Positions 23,757 to 38,279 of a DNA stretch of 64,000 nt are shown piece by piece. The stretch covers positions 55,800,001 through 55,864,000 of the forward strand of contig NC_043013.1 of NCBI RefSeq assembly GCF_006345805.1, in the 5' to 3' direction. This stretch comes from Octopus sinensis (Eukaryota). Position 1 is the stretch's first letter. Each line of letters starts with the position of its first letter. The translations under genes were made by a program, and so were the position numbers. The notes under the pieces were generated by a model. The model was not told the DNA's origin. It worked only from the letters and a program-made list of their open reading frames with translations, and searched no databases.

Positions 23757-24151
23757 TTTTACTTGTTTCAGTCATTTGACTGCGGCCATGCTGGAGCACC
23801 GCCTTTAGTAGAGCAAATCGACCCCGGGACTTATTCTTTGTAAGCCCAGTACTTATTCTATCAGTCTCTTTTGCCGAACTGCTAAGTTACGGAGACATAA
23901 ACACACTAGCATTGGTTGTCAAGCAATGATAGGGGGACAAACACAGACACACAAACATACACACACATATATATATATACATATAAACGACAGGCTTCTT
24001 TTAGTTTCCGTCTACCAAGTCCACTCACAAGGCTTTGGTTGGCCTGAGGCTATAGCAGAAGACACTTACCCAACATGCCACGCAGTGGGACTGAACCCGG
24101 AACCATGTGGTTGGTAAGCAAGCTACTTACCACACAGCCACTCCTGCGCCT
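23757..24151 (-). mobile_element. tRNA-derived CORE-like SINE family B (full length, octopus OR-type-like)
   Basis: Minus: aggcgcaggagtggctgtgtggtaagtagc…ggttcagtcccactgcgtggca…gtaagtgtcttctgctatagcctc…, internal (TG)n, tail tgactgaaacaagtaaaa. Paralog at 59158-59520. Confidence 0.8.
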
Positions 24152-24172
24152 ATGCATATATATTTATACACA

Positions 24173-24537
24173 GCAAGGTGCATTCAAAAAGTATCTAAAA
24201 CGAAAGCTGTATGGGCTAAATTCTTTAGATGAGAGGTGACACCACCCTTCCTGTGCAAGTGTGAAAATTTTCCTGGTGGTACGACACGTAATTTCCCACC
24301 TGCCATGCCTAAAGTACAGCTTGATAGATTTTTTTTCCATGCAAGATGACCAAAAGCATCAAGCAGAGACTATAAACCCATATCTCTTCACTAGGGATGA
24401 TGGTCTCCATGAGGTGTGGGTCATGGTTGGCTCAATCCAGCATGGCCTGAGAAATATCCATGTAAAGTTGCTTTTGCTGCTTTGCTAGCACCTTTGGCAG
24501 GATTTTACTGACACTCTCTTCAGGCACAAATCCTCCA
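24173..24537 (-). mobile_element. mariner-like transposon fragment
   Basis: TIR-like caaggtgcattcaaaaagtatc. The minus frames give EDLCLKRVSVK…ANHDPHLMETIIPSEEIWVY, resembling the mariner KRVSAKFVP…IITGDETWVY region. Confidence 0.55.
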
Positions 24538-24736
24538 TGGGTCTATTCAGACATTTATTTAGCAACCATGTGGTTCAGGTTCAGTTCCAGTGTATGGTAC
24601 CTCGGGTAAGTGTCTTCTACCACCACCATGGGCCTATTTCAGCTTTCTTACTGGGTTTGGTAGATAGAAAGGAAACCTCATGTATCTCTCCATCTGTCTG
24701 TTTATCTATCTATCTATCTATCTATCTGTCCATTTA

Positions 24737-24769
<33 letters not shown>

Positions 24770-25544
24770 TTATCTGTTTGTCTATCTATCTATCTACCTC
24801 TATTGTGTGTGTGCATGCATGTGTGTCTGTCTGTGAGTTTGCTAACATTTACACTTCTCCAAAACTTGCTCTGCTATGGACAATGATGTTGTTGCCAGTT
24901 CCCCTGTCAACAGGTCTTCTTCCTCTACCTCTGTGCATTTGAAGCTGTGTGAAAACAGACATAAAAATGAACAAAAGAGTAAATAATGTTTGTACAGATG
25001 AAGAAATTGAAATTTGTTTTAATCGATACCCAACACTCTATATTCAGTGGAATTCCTTTATATACACTATCACAACACGTTTCTGTCCCTCAGTATCAAA
25101 AATATTTACATCATTTACTATTTTCATTCGTTTTGAGTTTTATTTTTAAATATTGGTCTTATTTTAATTAATATTCAGTTAATAATTCACTGAAAAGTGA
25201 AATGTTTTAATTTGGTATTTCAACTGATAATTAAGTAAATCATCTCCAATAAATATTAATTAGGAATAAATAAATTGAATTTGTTGAAATGATTCCTTCT
25301 CGTCATTGCACTCACGATATTGCACATGGTGCATTAAAAAAATGATGATGCGAGAAGGTGTGGAATATATACCATTACGGAAATGGTAATGAGTGGTGTG
25401 AGTATGTGTGACCATGTATTATGAAGAAGTCATTTTATAATAAGACAAGAAAATCTTGGGAATGAAACATTTCTGAGAGAATGAATAATAAAACAATCTC
25501 TGATTACTTGGAAATTAATTCCTTCTATCAATATACATATACAT

Positions 25545-25594
<50 letters not shown>

Positions 25595-25657
25595 TTATAT
25601 ACACACATATATGTATACATATATATATACATACATATATATATATATACATATATA

Positions 25658-25688
<31 letters not shown>

Positions 25689-25955
25689 ACATATATATAC
25701 ATATACATATATAGATACATATATACATACATATATTTTTACATATATATATATACATACATATGTATATATATATGTATGTATATATTGGCCTGCTCGC
25801 TTAGCCAGCGGGGTGGCACCAGTTGAAGGCTAAAACAATGTGAAGCGCATTGTGACCAGCGATGCGTAGCAAGATCTGATAGCCTGGTCGGTCATGGTGA
25901 TATATGTATATATATATGTATATACATATATGTATATATATATGTATATATATAC

Positions 25956-26028
<73 letters not shown>

Positions 26029-26045
26029 CATATATATATATATAT

Positions 26046-26554
<509 letters not shown>

Positions 26555-26560
26555 GTGCGC

Positions 26561-26625
<65 letters not shown>

Positions 26626-26651
26626 AGAAGGCCACCACCAACAGATGCAGG

Positions 26652-27005
26652 ATGGCCACCACAGACACCAATAGACACACCACAAAACTATTTCTACAGA
26701 ACGTAGGAGGGCTGCTGTGTGGTAACTGTAAGAGGAAAATCTCATTCCTGAGAGACCTTGTGGCATGCAATCAAGCTATATGCATGGCACTCATAGAAAC
26801 ACATCTTGGACCCAATATAAGGGATGCAGAAATACCCATACCGCAATATGCTGTCATACGCTCAGATAGAAAAGGGAGGAGCCATGGTGGAGTTGCAATG
26901 TACATCCGAGATGACCTCACGCCCCAGGTCCTGTCGTCATATTCAAACTCAGTGTGTGACACTCAAATTGTACACATAAGACAACTGAATATCGTCATTT
27001 GTTAA
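26652..27005 (+). pseudogene. LINE ORF2 apurinic-like endonuclease N-terminal fragment (CR1/Jockey-group-like)
   Basis: LQNVGGL, MALIETHL and IRSDRKGRSHGGVAMYIR match the EEP/APE motifs NVxGL, ET.L and RxDR…GGVxxYI. Truncated after ~115 aa. Confidence 0.8.
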
Positions 27006-27362
27006 ATTTATTCCGAAAAAACTTTTCCTATCCGAAATGCAGTTCGAAAAAGCCCGCCATTTACCGGATATATGATTTATAAACTTCTCCATGTGCTTCG
27101 TTAGAAAGAGCAGTTGGCTGTTCGACTTCGACAGTGCTGGTAGTTTATTTATGATGTGTTCAGAATCAGTTCTACCGATGAGCATGGACGCAAATTTTAT
27201 GCGGTGAGTGTGAAATCACAGGTGATATAGGACTAAATTCATTTTTTAAATGTCTTGCTTTGAAAAACTGCATTGGGTATGATTAGTGAAATTTTTGGTA
27301 GAAATGGCTTATGTCCCTCTTAGTGTGAGGCATTTATGTGTAATAATGCCCTCTATATAATA
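27003..27362 (+). mobile_element. HHR-bearing pLTR-like element, homolog of 26046-26437 in opposite orientation
   Basis: gtccctcttagtgtg…gccctctatataatata aligns to the reverse complement of 26149-26202; it carries a homologous HHR and ends in a (TA)n tract. Confidence 0.65.
27169..27233 (+). ncRNA. Type I hammerhead motif with variant core CCGAUGA
   Basis: gttcta ccgatga gcatggacgcaaattttatgcggtgagtgt gaaa tcacaggtga ta taggac. Stems I, II and III can all be drawn. Confidence 0.65.
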
Positions 27363-27552
27363 TACATATATATACATACATATATATATATACATATATA
27401 CATATATATATACATATATATACATACATACATACATACATACACACACACATACATACATACATACATATATACACATATATATATATATACATACATA
27501 TATACATCCATACATATATATATATATACATCCATACACATATATATATACA

Positions 27553-27597
<45 letters not shown>

Positions 27598-27731
27598 GCA
27601 TATATAAATATATATATACACAGACATACATATCTATCAATCTACCTGTATTAGAGGATGTAAAACTCAGCTGTCTCATTTATTTATATATAAATATATG
27701 AACATATATACATTGTTATATATCCATATAT

Positions 27732-27769
<38 letters not shown>

Positions 27770-27825
27770 GGTGATTGTAAAGTAACTGTATATATATAGT
27801 AACTGTATATATATATATATATATA

Positions 27826-28686
27826 CAGGGTGATTGTAAAGTAACTCCGTATATTAAAATACTTATAATTTATTTATTAACAATAATTTTTTCCTCAAAT
27901 TTGTTCTTTAATGTTTGGGAATTGATTCTATGTTGTTGTTTTTTCAGATTGATTGTTTTGCTTGAAATTTAGAAGCCCTACAATCATGGTCTGATCTCTT
28001 TAAAAATATCCTCTGGAGTGATGAAGTGGTAGCTACATCGGTGGGTTTGTGAACAATCACAACTGGGCAGGAGAAGATCCATGTTTTACCTCTGAAAAAA
28101 TGCAGAATCATCCCAAGCTAATGGTATGGTGTGGAATGACTTTGGACAGGATTGTGGGTCCTTTCATCCTTTGCAATACCATAAATGCTGAAAAGGACCT
28201 CACCATGCTGCAGGATGAAATCTGGCCAGTTATCAGAACTTAGGAGAATATTGAAGATTTGATTTTTATACAAGATGGCGCTCCTCCACATTTTGCCATT
28301 TTTGTTCGTGAATGTCCACTTCCCTGGGAGATGGATGGGTCATCGAGGTCCACATGATTGGCCAGCCAGAAGCCTTGATTTAACACTGCAACTTTTTTTT
28401 CTTTGGGGCTGGTTAAAGGAGCAAGTTTACTCTACCAAACCAACAACTTTGGAAGAACTTGAAGGGTGAATGCAAGAAGTTTTGTCTTCCATCCCACAAG
28501 AGTTCCTGATAAAATCAGTTGATGTGGTTCCCGAGTGGTTTGAGAAGCTGGTGGCAAATGCTGGTGCCTATATCGAATAAAACTCCATACTATCTGCTTT
28601 CTTCGCATTCATTTTTGCTAAATGATTATAGTTAATAAATAAATTATGAGTATTTTAAAATAGGAACTTCCTTTTCGATCGCCCTG
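27826..28686 (+). mobile_element. Tc1/mariner-superfamily transposon, internally deleted, with transposase pseudogene
   Basis: TA-flanked TIRs cagggtgattgtaaag…ataatttatttattaac / gttaataaataaattat…cgatcgccctg. Peptides KLMVWCGM…IVGPF, QDGAPPHFA and WPARSLDLT..FFLWGWLKEQVY. Confidence 0.85.
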
Positions 28687-28757
28687 TACATATGTGAATA
28701 TCACTACATGCATACACACACACACGTTTATAGATATTCATATATATAATGTGGTAC

Positions 28758-29050
28758 CATGTGACCAGATTGTCAGATGTTGTTACACATCGCTAGTCAC
28801 AATGTACTTTGTATTGTTTTAGCTTTCAAATGATGGCACCTCATTAGCTTAGTGAGCAGGTCAAATTTCCTCCTGCTGAAGAGGATATCAGTTCATTGAA
28901 GGGTGGATCCATTTACAACTGAGTGAACTGAAGCAGTGTGAAATGAAGTGTTTTGCTAAAAAGCACAAGGTGTCACCCTGTCCAGGAATTGAACTCATGA
29001 TCTAGAGATTGTGAGTGAAAAACTCAACCACTAGGCCATGATCTTTCACA
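28758..29050 (-). mobile_element. tRNA-derived SINE family C-like (diverged)
   Basis: Minus head catggcctagtggttgag…gagttcaattcctggac; the 3' part matches tgtgactagcgatgtgtaacaacatctga. Confidence 0.6.
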
Positions 29051-29053
29051 TAG

Positions 29054-29124
<71 letters not shown>

Positions 29125-29449
29125 GCCAAATAAAGTTTGAAGTGTATGGCAAGTGCATTGAGTACGTTGTGTTCATCATTTTACTTCATGCTTCCCAGAT
29201 ACCTTTGATATAAGCAGTGGTTTTATTATTAATACAATAAAACAGAGAACCAGGTTAGAACAGCATACGTGTTTGAAGACAGATGAGTTAGGCTGTAAAT
29301 TGAAACATCAATGGTGGACAAAAAGATAACACAACTGTTTTTGTGGTTGAAGAAGAGAATCAAAGAGATTGACTAATGTTAGGTAAAGATCTCATTGCTA
29401 GTTTCCGTATTCAAACTTTGGCACTTCAGATTTGTGTGTAATATTTCTT

Positions 29450-29872
29450 TCTGCTATACACATAAGGCCTGACATTTTGAGGGGAGGGACTTGTTGACCT
29501 CATCGACCCTAATACTCAATTGCTACTTATTTCATTGACCCCTTTCATCTTTTAGGGGTCAAAGTCGACATTGGCAGAATGTGAACCCGAAACTTGAAGA
29601 TGGATGAAATGCAATTTAGCATTTTGCTAACAACTCTGCCAGCTCACCATCTTAAATTTTCATATCATACTGCTTTTTAATTTTTGCACAAGGCCAGCAA
29701 TTTTTGGGGAAGGGGTAAGTCAATTACACTGACCCCAGTGCTCAGTTGGTCCTTGTTTTATCAACCCTGAAAGGATGAAAGGCAAATTTAGCTTCAACAG
29801 AATTTGAACTCAGAGCCTAAAGACAGACAGAATGCTGCTAATGTTAGCTAATGATTCTGCCAGCTCGCTGTC
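29450..29872 (-). mobile_element. Two adjacent diverged family A SINEs
   Basis: Each has caaggcc…ggggagggg…gacccc…aaagtcgac/aaatttagc…agaatttgaact…ctgccagctc. Confidence 0.65.
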
Positions 29873-31251
29873 TTTGATTTGCATGTAATATTAATAACAG
29901 AGTAACTTTACTTATTTAATTAAGCTGTTGTGGTTGATTAGCTTCATACTTAGCCCAATTAGGTTGATTTATTATTAAGAATTTACCAACCAAGATTACC
30001 CTGTTTTATTTTCTGACATAGTGTATCAAAGATTGCATAATCCAAAATAACTTTCTTGTTTAAGACCCACAAGCGTGATTTCAGGGAAACTGAACTGACA
30101 GAATTATTATTAGTATCGTGAAAAAAAAAAAAAAAGCAGATGCCATACTTTCTGCAACATTCTGTAAATGGTGAAGAGCAGAAGGAAAAAGTACACAGAA
30201 CCTTGAACTGCAGAATTAAGAGAGAATTTTAATGATCATTCCAAGATTGATGTAACTGATATAGAATGTATGGAATAATATGGTTGCAGGAAAAGAAGTA
30301 CAAGGAAACAGAGAAACTTCTGGACTTCTTTGATAACAATTAATTTACAATATTCAAGAGAAACTTTTGAAAGCCAGTCACCAACAAATCACAAGAGACG
30401 GAATGACAAACAGGCATTATCCGAGTTTCAGAAAAGAGACAAATATCCATGAGATCCTGGTGTGTCTTTCACTTAAATTATATCTGATATATATCTATAT
30501 CTAATAATAATAAGAATAACAACAACAACAACAACAATAATAATAATAGACTATATCTTTATATCTATATGTAATAATGATAGAATATATCAGCTGTGAT
30601 TTTAATTTCAAGATGCTCCTCACAACAGCATTTAATGCCAGTTCTCTTTATCTGTAATGGTTATATTCAAAACTTTCTTTAGTTTTCTCCAAGCATCTCA
30701 ACCTCTCAACCTTCAATTATTCTTACTTTGGTTCCGTTCCATTCTCCACAAAGAAAGCCATTGTTGATCTTATTGTTATGATATACAACCTGCTCGACAG
30801 TCTCTAAATTCCTACTCTTCAGCTGATTGCTTATATCTTTCCTTTCAAAAAGCCATTTCTATCGAGAAATATTTAAACTAAAACAATTTATTGATAAAAT
30901 CTTGTTGCTTTGCCACTTCTTATATATTTCACATAAAATTACAATGTCTTCACTTCACAATGAAGCAGGGAGATAAACTCATCACATATAAGTAATGCTA
31001 TTAATAAGACATGGAAATGTCTTCATCATAAATTGTGTCTAAGTTCCTTTGTTACATTTTCAGCAACAATCAACTTTCTAATGATTCAACTGCCTTCAAT
31101 TCCGTGTCTTCTCTAAAAGACACAAAAAGCTACATGTTTTGCAATTATTCTTTTGTTTTAGGTTTTCCTTTCTTTGCTCTATTAACTTCATTTATTGAGG
31201 TGAAACAGTTTTAAATATTTACTTCCTCCTTTACGCCATTTCTTGTCGTAC

Positions 31252-31288
<37 letters not shown>

Positions 31289-32179
31289 CCCAATCACTTG
31301 ATCATTCTGATCACTTTCTCTTTCTCCTACCAGCTTCTGTCTATTTGTTTGTCTCTGTCTCTATCTCTTTCTCCTATCACTTTGATTCTCTCTCTCTCTC
31401 TTTTTCCTGTCTCTCAATCTCTCCCTCCTATTGCTTTCTCTTTCTCTCTCTCTCCCTCTCTTCTGTCACGTGATCTCTACCTTTTGTTGCTTTGTCTCTC
31501 TCTCATATCGCTCAATCTCTCTCTCTTTCTTTCTTTCTCTCTCTCTCTCTCCCCCATGCTGTACATATTTACCAACAGCCACGCTGAAGCTCTCCCCTAC
31601 TCATGCACAAACCTTAATATACTCCCCCCTCTATCCAATTACTCCCCCACACCCTCTTTCACTCAGACCCTACTCTCACCCAGTCGTATGAGAATGAAAG
31701 GATCGAATTCTCAGAACTAAGGCTGGGAAGACAGAACCCTCCTTTGTCTTGCTAATGGTCAAACTGTATCTCAGGTGTTGGGGAAAATAAAGGCTATCAT
31801 ACACCCACATATAATATACACATCAGTTACACCATACATTATACACACCCTTAATATGACATACTGTATGTACCCTCGTTATTAATACTAATTTTGGTGA
31901 ATAAAATGTTTTAGAGTATTTACATGATTTGTTTTACTTCATTTGCTATAAATAAAACTGAGAAATCAAGAAGTGAACTTTGATTTTTGTCTATCAATAA
32001 ATTCCTCAACAGATTTTATTTAAAATTTTTACTTTATTTTGCTATAATAATAATCTGAGCAAGGTATTTTGCTGTTTTCCATTTATTTTTGCTATATTTT
32101 CTAGTTTAAAATGGTTTTATTGGTAGAAACACGTGTTCTTAAAACTTGATGTCCTTGTTTATTTTTCAAGTAATGTAAG

Positions 32180-32530
32180 GGTGGCATCTACCCTCATGGT
32201 TTGGTCAGTCTATCATTTTGAGAAGCAGGTGTATTATATTGATTCCTTTAATATCTTCACCTAATTCTTGAATGCATTAAGCAGAGTCTACAGCATTTAA
32301 ACTCAATCACTGATTTCTTTCCCACCCAAATATTTTGATTAAATTTCCTTCCTCCAAGTATCTCGTCTCCCCATATTTCCTCTGTAGATATTCAGGTTAA
32401 ATATCCATTCCAGTGGTTTCATCAATCTTCTCAGCAAAAGTGCAAAATAAGTCTTTGAAATTGTTCTTTACTGAAAACTGAAGTAGGTCAATAGTCCAAG
32501 TTTCACATCCATGGAGATTCCGTCTCTTAA
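32180..32530 (-). mobile_element. Ancient RTE-like ORF2 relic
   Basis: The minus frame LHGCETWTI resembles the RTE LLYGCETWT motif; heavily decayed. Confidence 0.35.
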
Positions 32531-32877
32531 TTTACTTTGGTTCTATTTAATAAGTTCACTGATATTTAACACAATAGATAGACTGTTTATGGTGGTTTTG
32601 ACAATGTAACAAGTGAGAAACAATGTCATTACAGTTATCAATCATTTAACGTAAATTAGATAAATTTCAATACTGTTTGCAGGAAGAACGTCTATAATTG
32701 AAGAGATCTTCCCTGGCTTACGTACTTCTACAATGGAATCCTTTTATGTGCCTAGAAGAGGCAACAAGGAACCAGTCTGCTGTATTCTTTCATTCTTTCA
32801 ATTGATTCAGTCATTTGACTGTGTCCATGCTGGAACACCGCCTTTAGTCAAACAAATCGGCCCCAGGAATTATGCGT

Positions 32878-33414
32878 TGCTTGCAAAGACCTGTTGAGGC
32901 AAGTGAAATCATAATCAAAGTCAAATTCGCTGACGTGGCCAATGACAGCACCACTTGACTGGCACCCGTGCCAGTGGAATGTTAAAAGCACTATCTAAGC
33001 ATGATCATTGCCCGTGCCGCTGATTGACTCCTCTGCTAGTGGCACATAAAAAACACCATTTGAGCGTGATTGTTACCAGCATAGCCTTACTGGCACTTGT
33101 GCCGGTGGCATGTGAAAAACAATATTCAAGCGAGGTCATTGCCAGTGCTGCTGGACTGGCTCCTGTGCAGGTGGCACATAAAATACACCATTTGAGCGTG
33201 GCCATCACTAATACCGCCTGACTGACCCTCATGCCAGTGGCACGTTAAAGCACCCATACACTCTTGGAGTGGTTGGCGTTGGGAAGGGCATCCAGCTGTA
33301 GAAACTCTACCAGAGCAGATTGAAGCCTGGTGCAGCCATCTGCCTTGCCAGTCCTCAGTCAAACTGTCCAACCCATGCCAGCAAGGAAAGCAGGCATTAA
33401 ACGATGATGATGAT
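32878..33414 (+). mobile_element. RTE-type 3' UTR element with diverged ~62-bp repeats and (ATG)n tail
   Basis: gcttgcaaagacctgttgaggcaagtgaaatc…ggtggcacataaaa…gggaagggcatccagctgtagaaac…aacccatgccagc…aacgatgatgatg. Related copies lie at ~33950-34240, 43890-44228, 52945-53108 (+) and 54690-55255 (-). Confidence 0.75.
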
Positions 33415-35689
33415 CAGTTAATTATGATTTTATTTAATATATTCCTCCTCTCAGATTCCCACACTTATTGTACTTTAGTTTTTCTAAGCCTTGTAAAAGA
33501 ACTCAGAATGTTGGACCTCCAGCCTGGCCTTTCTCAGTACCCTTAAAACCAGGAACTTTACAGATGACACAGTATATGTGGTTGAAAGAAGCGCAACAAG
33601 AGATTTGAGTAGTCAGTGAGCAGATTTAAAATTGGCTGGTTAAGTATGGTTGGGGGTATGGAGCTTCTAATTAGTAAAGTGTTGGAGTTTCCATTGTCTG
33701 TTGAAAGCCAAGAGAAGTGATGCGGGAGAGATAAGAACAGTTGTGGGACCAAAGAGAAATATTGTTCAAACCTACATTTATTCATTTAGCATTTGATTTT
33801 CCATGCTAGCATGGATTGATTGAGGATTTATTTTAAGTAGGAATTTTATGGCTGGATGCACTTCCTGTCACCAACCCTTACTTGTTTTTCATGTAAAGAA
33901 TTTTATATTCCATAGATCTTAGGAAGTGAAGAGTGACTAGTCATAGGCAATGACAAATGACTGAGGTATTTGGCAATATGCTGTGCTTGCAAAGAAGACC
34001 CATCAAGCCAAGTGAAATCATAGTTGTGGCAGATACTGGTGTCACACAAGTGGCACCCATGCTGGAAGCATGTAAAAGCATCCATTACACTCTTGATGTT
34101 AGGAAGGGCATCCAGCTGTAGAAACCATGCCAAATAAGACTGGAGTCTGGTGCAGCCCCTCAGATTACCAGCCCTGGTCAAACTATTCAACCCATGTCAG
34201 CATGGACAATGGACGTTAAATGATGATGATGACGATTATGATGAATGTAAACATAGTTGAGGACCAGCATTTGGTAAAGAAATAGAAAAAAAGAAACTGT
34301 TAAACAACTTCCTGATATTAAATATTCCTCATTTCTCACTGGAGGGACCTCACAGCACATAAAGCTATTTCATGAATTTATTATTACAATCTTTAATTTT
34401 ATAATACAATATGTTCAGCAGTCGACTAAAATACCTATTTATTTAATTGTCCTGCTTCAGACAATTTCTGGTCTTTTATAAATCCAAGTTCTTTTATAAA
34501 TTCAAAAATATTATTTTATTGATTATTGCAGGTTTTATAATCAGTAATTAAATTAAATTGCTAAAAGGACAAAAATTGTACTAACAAAGAGTTGTTCTCT
34601 GCAACCAGAAAGAAATTTAATTTAGTTTGATTTAAAAAGATTGTCACCAGGGGGATATTTGACGGCTGCAACAATCAAGTGAAATGTTACCTCCAATTTT
34701 GTGATTAAACTAAAATAGAATGCATTAATTACATGATTATATTTTTGAAGACTGACAGAAAATAGATCAATCAGAACAGAGTGAAAAATAGCAACAGGAA
34801 AGACAAGTATTAGATTTTAAAAAGCCTCCACTACTTAAGGCAGAATGAAAATTAATATTTCATTGTTTAGTATGCTGTAAAATGTTTACATACAGAATAA
34901 GTTGCTATATTTATAGATAACAGATGTATTTTGCCTGACACAGCCGCCCACCATATAGAACAAAAACAACTTTTCTACTCACAGATATACCTTACAACAA
35001 AAGCTTCTAACTTAAACTCAAAGAAAATAAGATTAAAATTGACAAAATAGTTTTTGTTTAAAGTCAGTGATACAGCTTAAGTGCACACTTAACTCTGATC
35101 AAAGCATTCTTCTGATAGTTTTTCAACTGTCAATGCGTACAATGAAAGTTTGTGAATTTTAAATTAGTTACTTTGAAAAATTTGCTCCTAAATATTATAG
35201 TTTTTCCAATTGTTTTCTTGTCCTGGGAACTAAAATTTTATTACGTTAAAATAAGTGCTCTAAATTTTGCCACTTCTATTTTCTTTGCTGTTAGAAATTC
35301 AATAAATGAAACACTTTTTATTGTTTTGTCTTGCACACTTTTCTAAATAGCCAAGATATACATATCCATAAATAGATAGCACTCAAGTCTATCCTTTTAT
35401 TTGTTTGCCACATTAACTGACATGAAACGAATGTTTGCTTCCTAACACAAACCAATTCAAACTTCTTTTATAATAAAAACAATTTAACCAACAGGACACA
35501 CACACTGACCCTGATCTAAACATATAAAACACTTTAGTATTGTTTTACTGGACTGTAAACACGTTGGGGCCACCGACTGCAAAGGTTTCACTTAATTTCA
35601 TCACTCCTTATATTTATTCATGTTATTGATTTCTGTTTGTTTTATGTTTCTGGTTGAATCTGGAGGAAGGGACCTTGGCAGGCCTCTGG

Positions 35690-36030
35690 AACTAGAAACC
35701 TTAATACCATTAATATTCTTTTTAAACTGTTGTAGGTTGATACCTGCATGGAACACATGAGGAAGGGGGAAATTCCAGAAGAGGAAGGACTAAGGATATT
35801 GGTTAGTGAGAGGCTGAGGATGTTGGATGCAACAAGGGTGGCAAGATGGAGCAAGATCAGTGAGTGAGGGCTACCTTAGGGGTAAAGGTACGAGATCAGC
35901 CAGCTCAGAGGAAGAGAACCCATTTGAGAAGAAACAACAAACCTTGTGTGTGTCTGTTGGGGACGGAATGCTGATCAGTCAAGTGACCTTTCTCTGGATG
36001 CGGTCCTAGATATCAGTGTGCATAGCAGCA
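35690..36030 (-). mobile_element. Old LINE (CR1/Jockey-group-like) RT C-terminal relic
   Basis: The minus frame HTDI*DRIQRKVT*LISIP…FFSNGFSSSELADLVP resembles LDRIQRKAxRLI…YYNGxCSSELxDLVP. Confidence 0.5.
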
Positions 36031-37788
36031 GCACTGGTATAGATGGAGAAGCAATATTCCATTGTGAGAGTACTAATGAAATGGCTGTTTACCCCCACCC
36101 CCGAGTTAAATCACTTAAGTTACCTCCCTTTCAAAGATTTCAGCACTGGAAGATATTTACTTTGGTAAACACAAACACATACATGAGCATACATGTATAA
36201 TTAGTACATACATTGCATGCATGCATACATAAACATATATATATAAAGCTTTCACACAACATTTGTCAACAAAATTTCACTGACAAGATTTTGCTCAGCT
36301 TTACATTTACTGAAGAATATCTTCATCTTCTCATCAGAGTAGAGAAGTGTATGATCCAGAGTTAAAATTTCAAACTAACTGTGTTTGTAGGTTTCATTTG
36401 TCTCTGGACAACACCGATTCCAGCAAAAATTCCAGCTTTCCCTTGACCAAATCTCATCAGTTCCCTAACAGAAGCTCCTTTCAGTAGTTATGAAAGAACT
36501 TCTGAATTTATGGGGCTGAGGTGGTGGTAAGTACTTGGAACTTTATTAGTGAAGGTGAGGATGAAAATGGCATTATTTGGAGAGTCCTTGTGAAGTTGCT
36601 ATAGCAACCCAGGACTGAGTACCCAAGATTCACTGCAAACTGACAACTTAAAAAATACACCCAATGTACCAAAATAGTACAAGAAGGATACCAATGAAAT
36701 AAAAAAAAACATGGACTCTTAAAATGGTTGACTGGAACTAATGAATAATTTCTATCACTTTGACCATGGGTAAAATCTTGAGGAAGTTGAAATTTGAAGT
36801 ATTTCACTGATAAAATTATGTAAATATAACACCAATATTGACTATAAAAAACAGAATAAGACATAAACCTCTGAGAATATTTCAGAAAAAAAGAACTAAT
36901 TTAATACAAGTTGCTTTGAACCCCTGATTTTTGGTTACTCTAATGATTGTCATGTGACAGTCACCATTTGTCTAAATGGATATAAAATGATGATGCAATA
37001 ATCACACCCTTATTATAGCTAATTAATATTAAATGGGTCTTTTAAATTATTTTATTAAAGATTTTGGATCAATAATTTAAAGTGCATAAAATTATAACTT
37101 GTTCTAATAAAAGAAAAACGATTTACCAACGAAAGATCTTTCTTCAATAAAAAATAGTTGATTATGTTTTTTCATAGAAATAAAAAATGTCTGTGAGTTT
37201 TATTTGGAAATATATTTTTGGTTGTAATTTATATAAAAATATATATTCTTTAATGTTACGTTTTGACCTAGTATAAGGAATATGGAAAACTGAGAGAAAG
37301 TCGGCATTTATAGAAGCTAGAATTTCAAAACTAATGTTTATGCTAACAGCAGTCGATTTTCAAAAGACATATCAATAAAAATACTGTTGTAACACAAGCT
37401 AGTTATAGATTGGGTGTGAACTAATTTCAAAGGAAAGTGAAAGCATATTTTGAAAGTAAGTTTGCTAAAGGTGTTGTGAAGTTTAACTCCAGAAAACGTC
37501 AGAATGTTTGAGAATATTTTTTTTAACACGTGATACAGTATGTTACTGTATAAATGACATGGCTAATGATAAAGAAACACCTTCCGAAGAAACATAATTT
37601 ATTCAATAGCCAGAGATAAGAGAAGACACATAGTAAATACAACACAGTTTGATTATTTGTAGGTGGGGATAATGGTAAACTTTACGATATGAGAAGATTT
37701 TTTTGTTTCAAAGTCAATGCATGGACCCAAATAACAGCCATCAATTACACTGGTTTGTGAAGAAATTGAGGCAAACATAAAAATAGTT

Positions 37789-38091
37789 TTTGGATTTGGT
37801 TTGCAAGATTCTTTATATGAGTTTGTGCGTTGAAGCATATTCTGTTGTGTCTGGGGAGAGTCATTTTCTTTTTGTGCCTTATAATATAACACACTCACCG
37901 GTAAAATTTCCACTTTTTTCTTATTTTTATTTTCCTAAAATTTTCGTTGTGTCTTCCAGCCTTTTCAAAAGTATTGAAAAGGTTGCAAGACCTTTAGGAA
38001 AATAAAAATAAGAAAAAAGTGGAAATTTTACCAGTGAGTGTGTTATATTATAAGGCACAAAAAGAAAATGACTCTCCCCAGACACAACAGA
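37789..38091. mobile_element. Hairpin (palindromic) element inserted with 12-bp direct repeat ataaaaatagtt
   Basis: Arms 37838-37939 and 37993-38094 are reverse complements (1 mismatch counted). The direct repeat lies at 37777-37788 and 38092-38103. Confidence 0.8.
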
Positions 38092-38279
38092 ATAAAAATA
38101 GTTGTTCTAGCCTAATTTTGGGGTGCTGATTTCAGATACAAAACCAGTTTTCACTCATCACTGCTAGTTTTTGAGATATACATTATTATGATTTTGCAAC
38201 AATTCGCATAACGATGTATATGATCAATTCTTATTTTGTTTTCCCTATTTTTGTGATGTATATGATACATATCTCTAAA

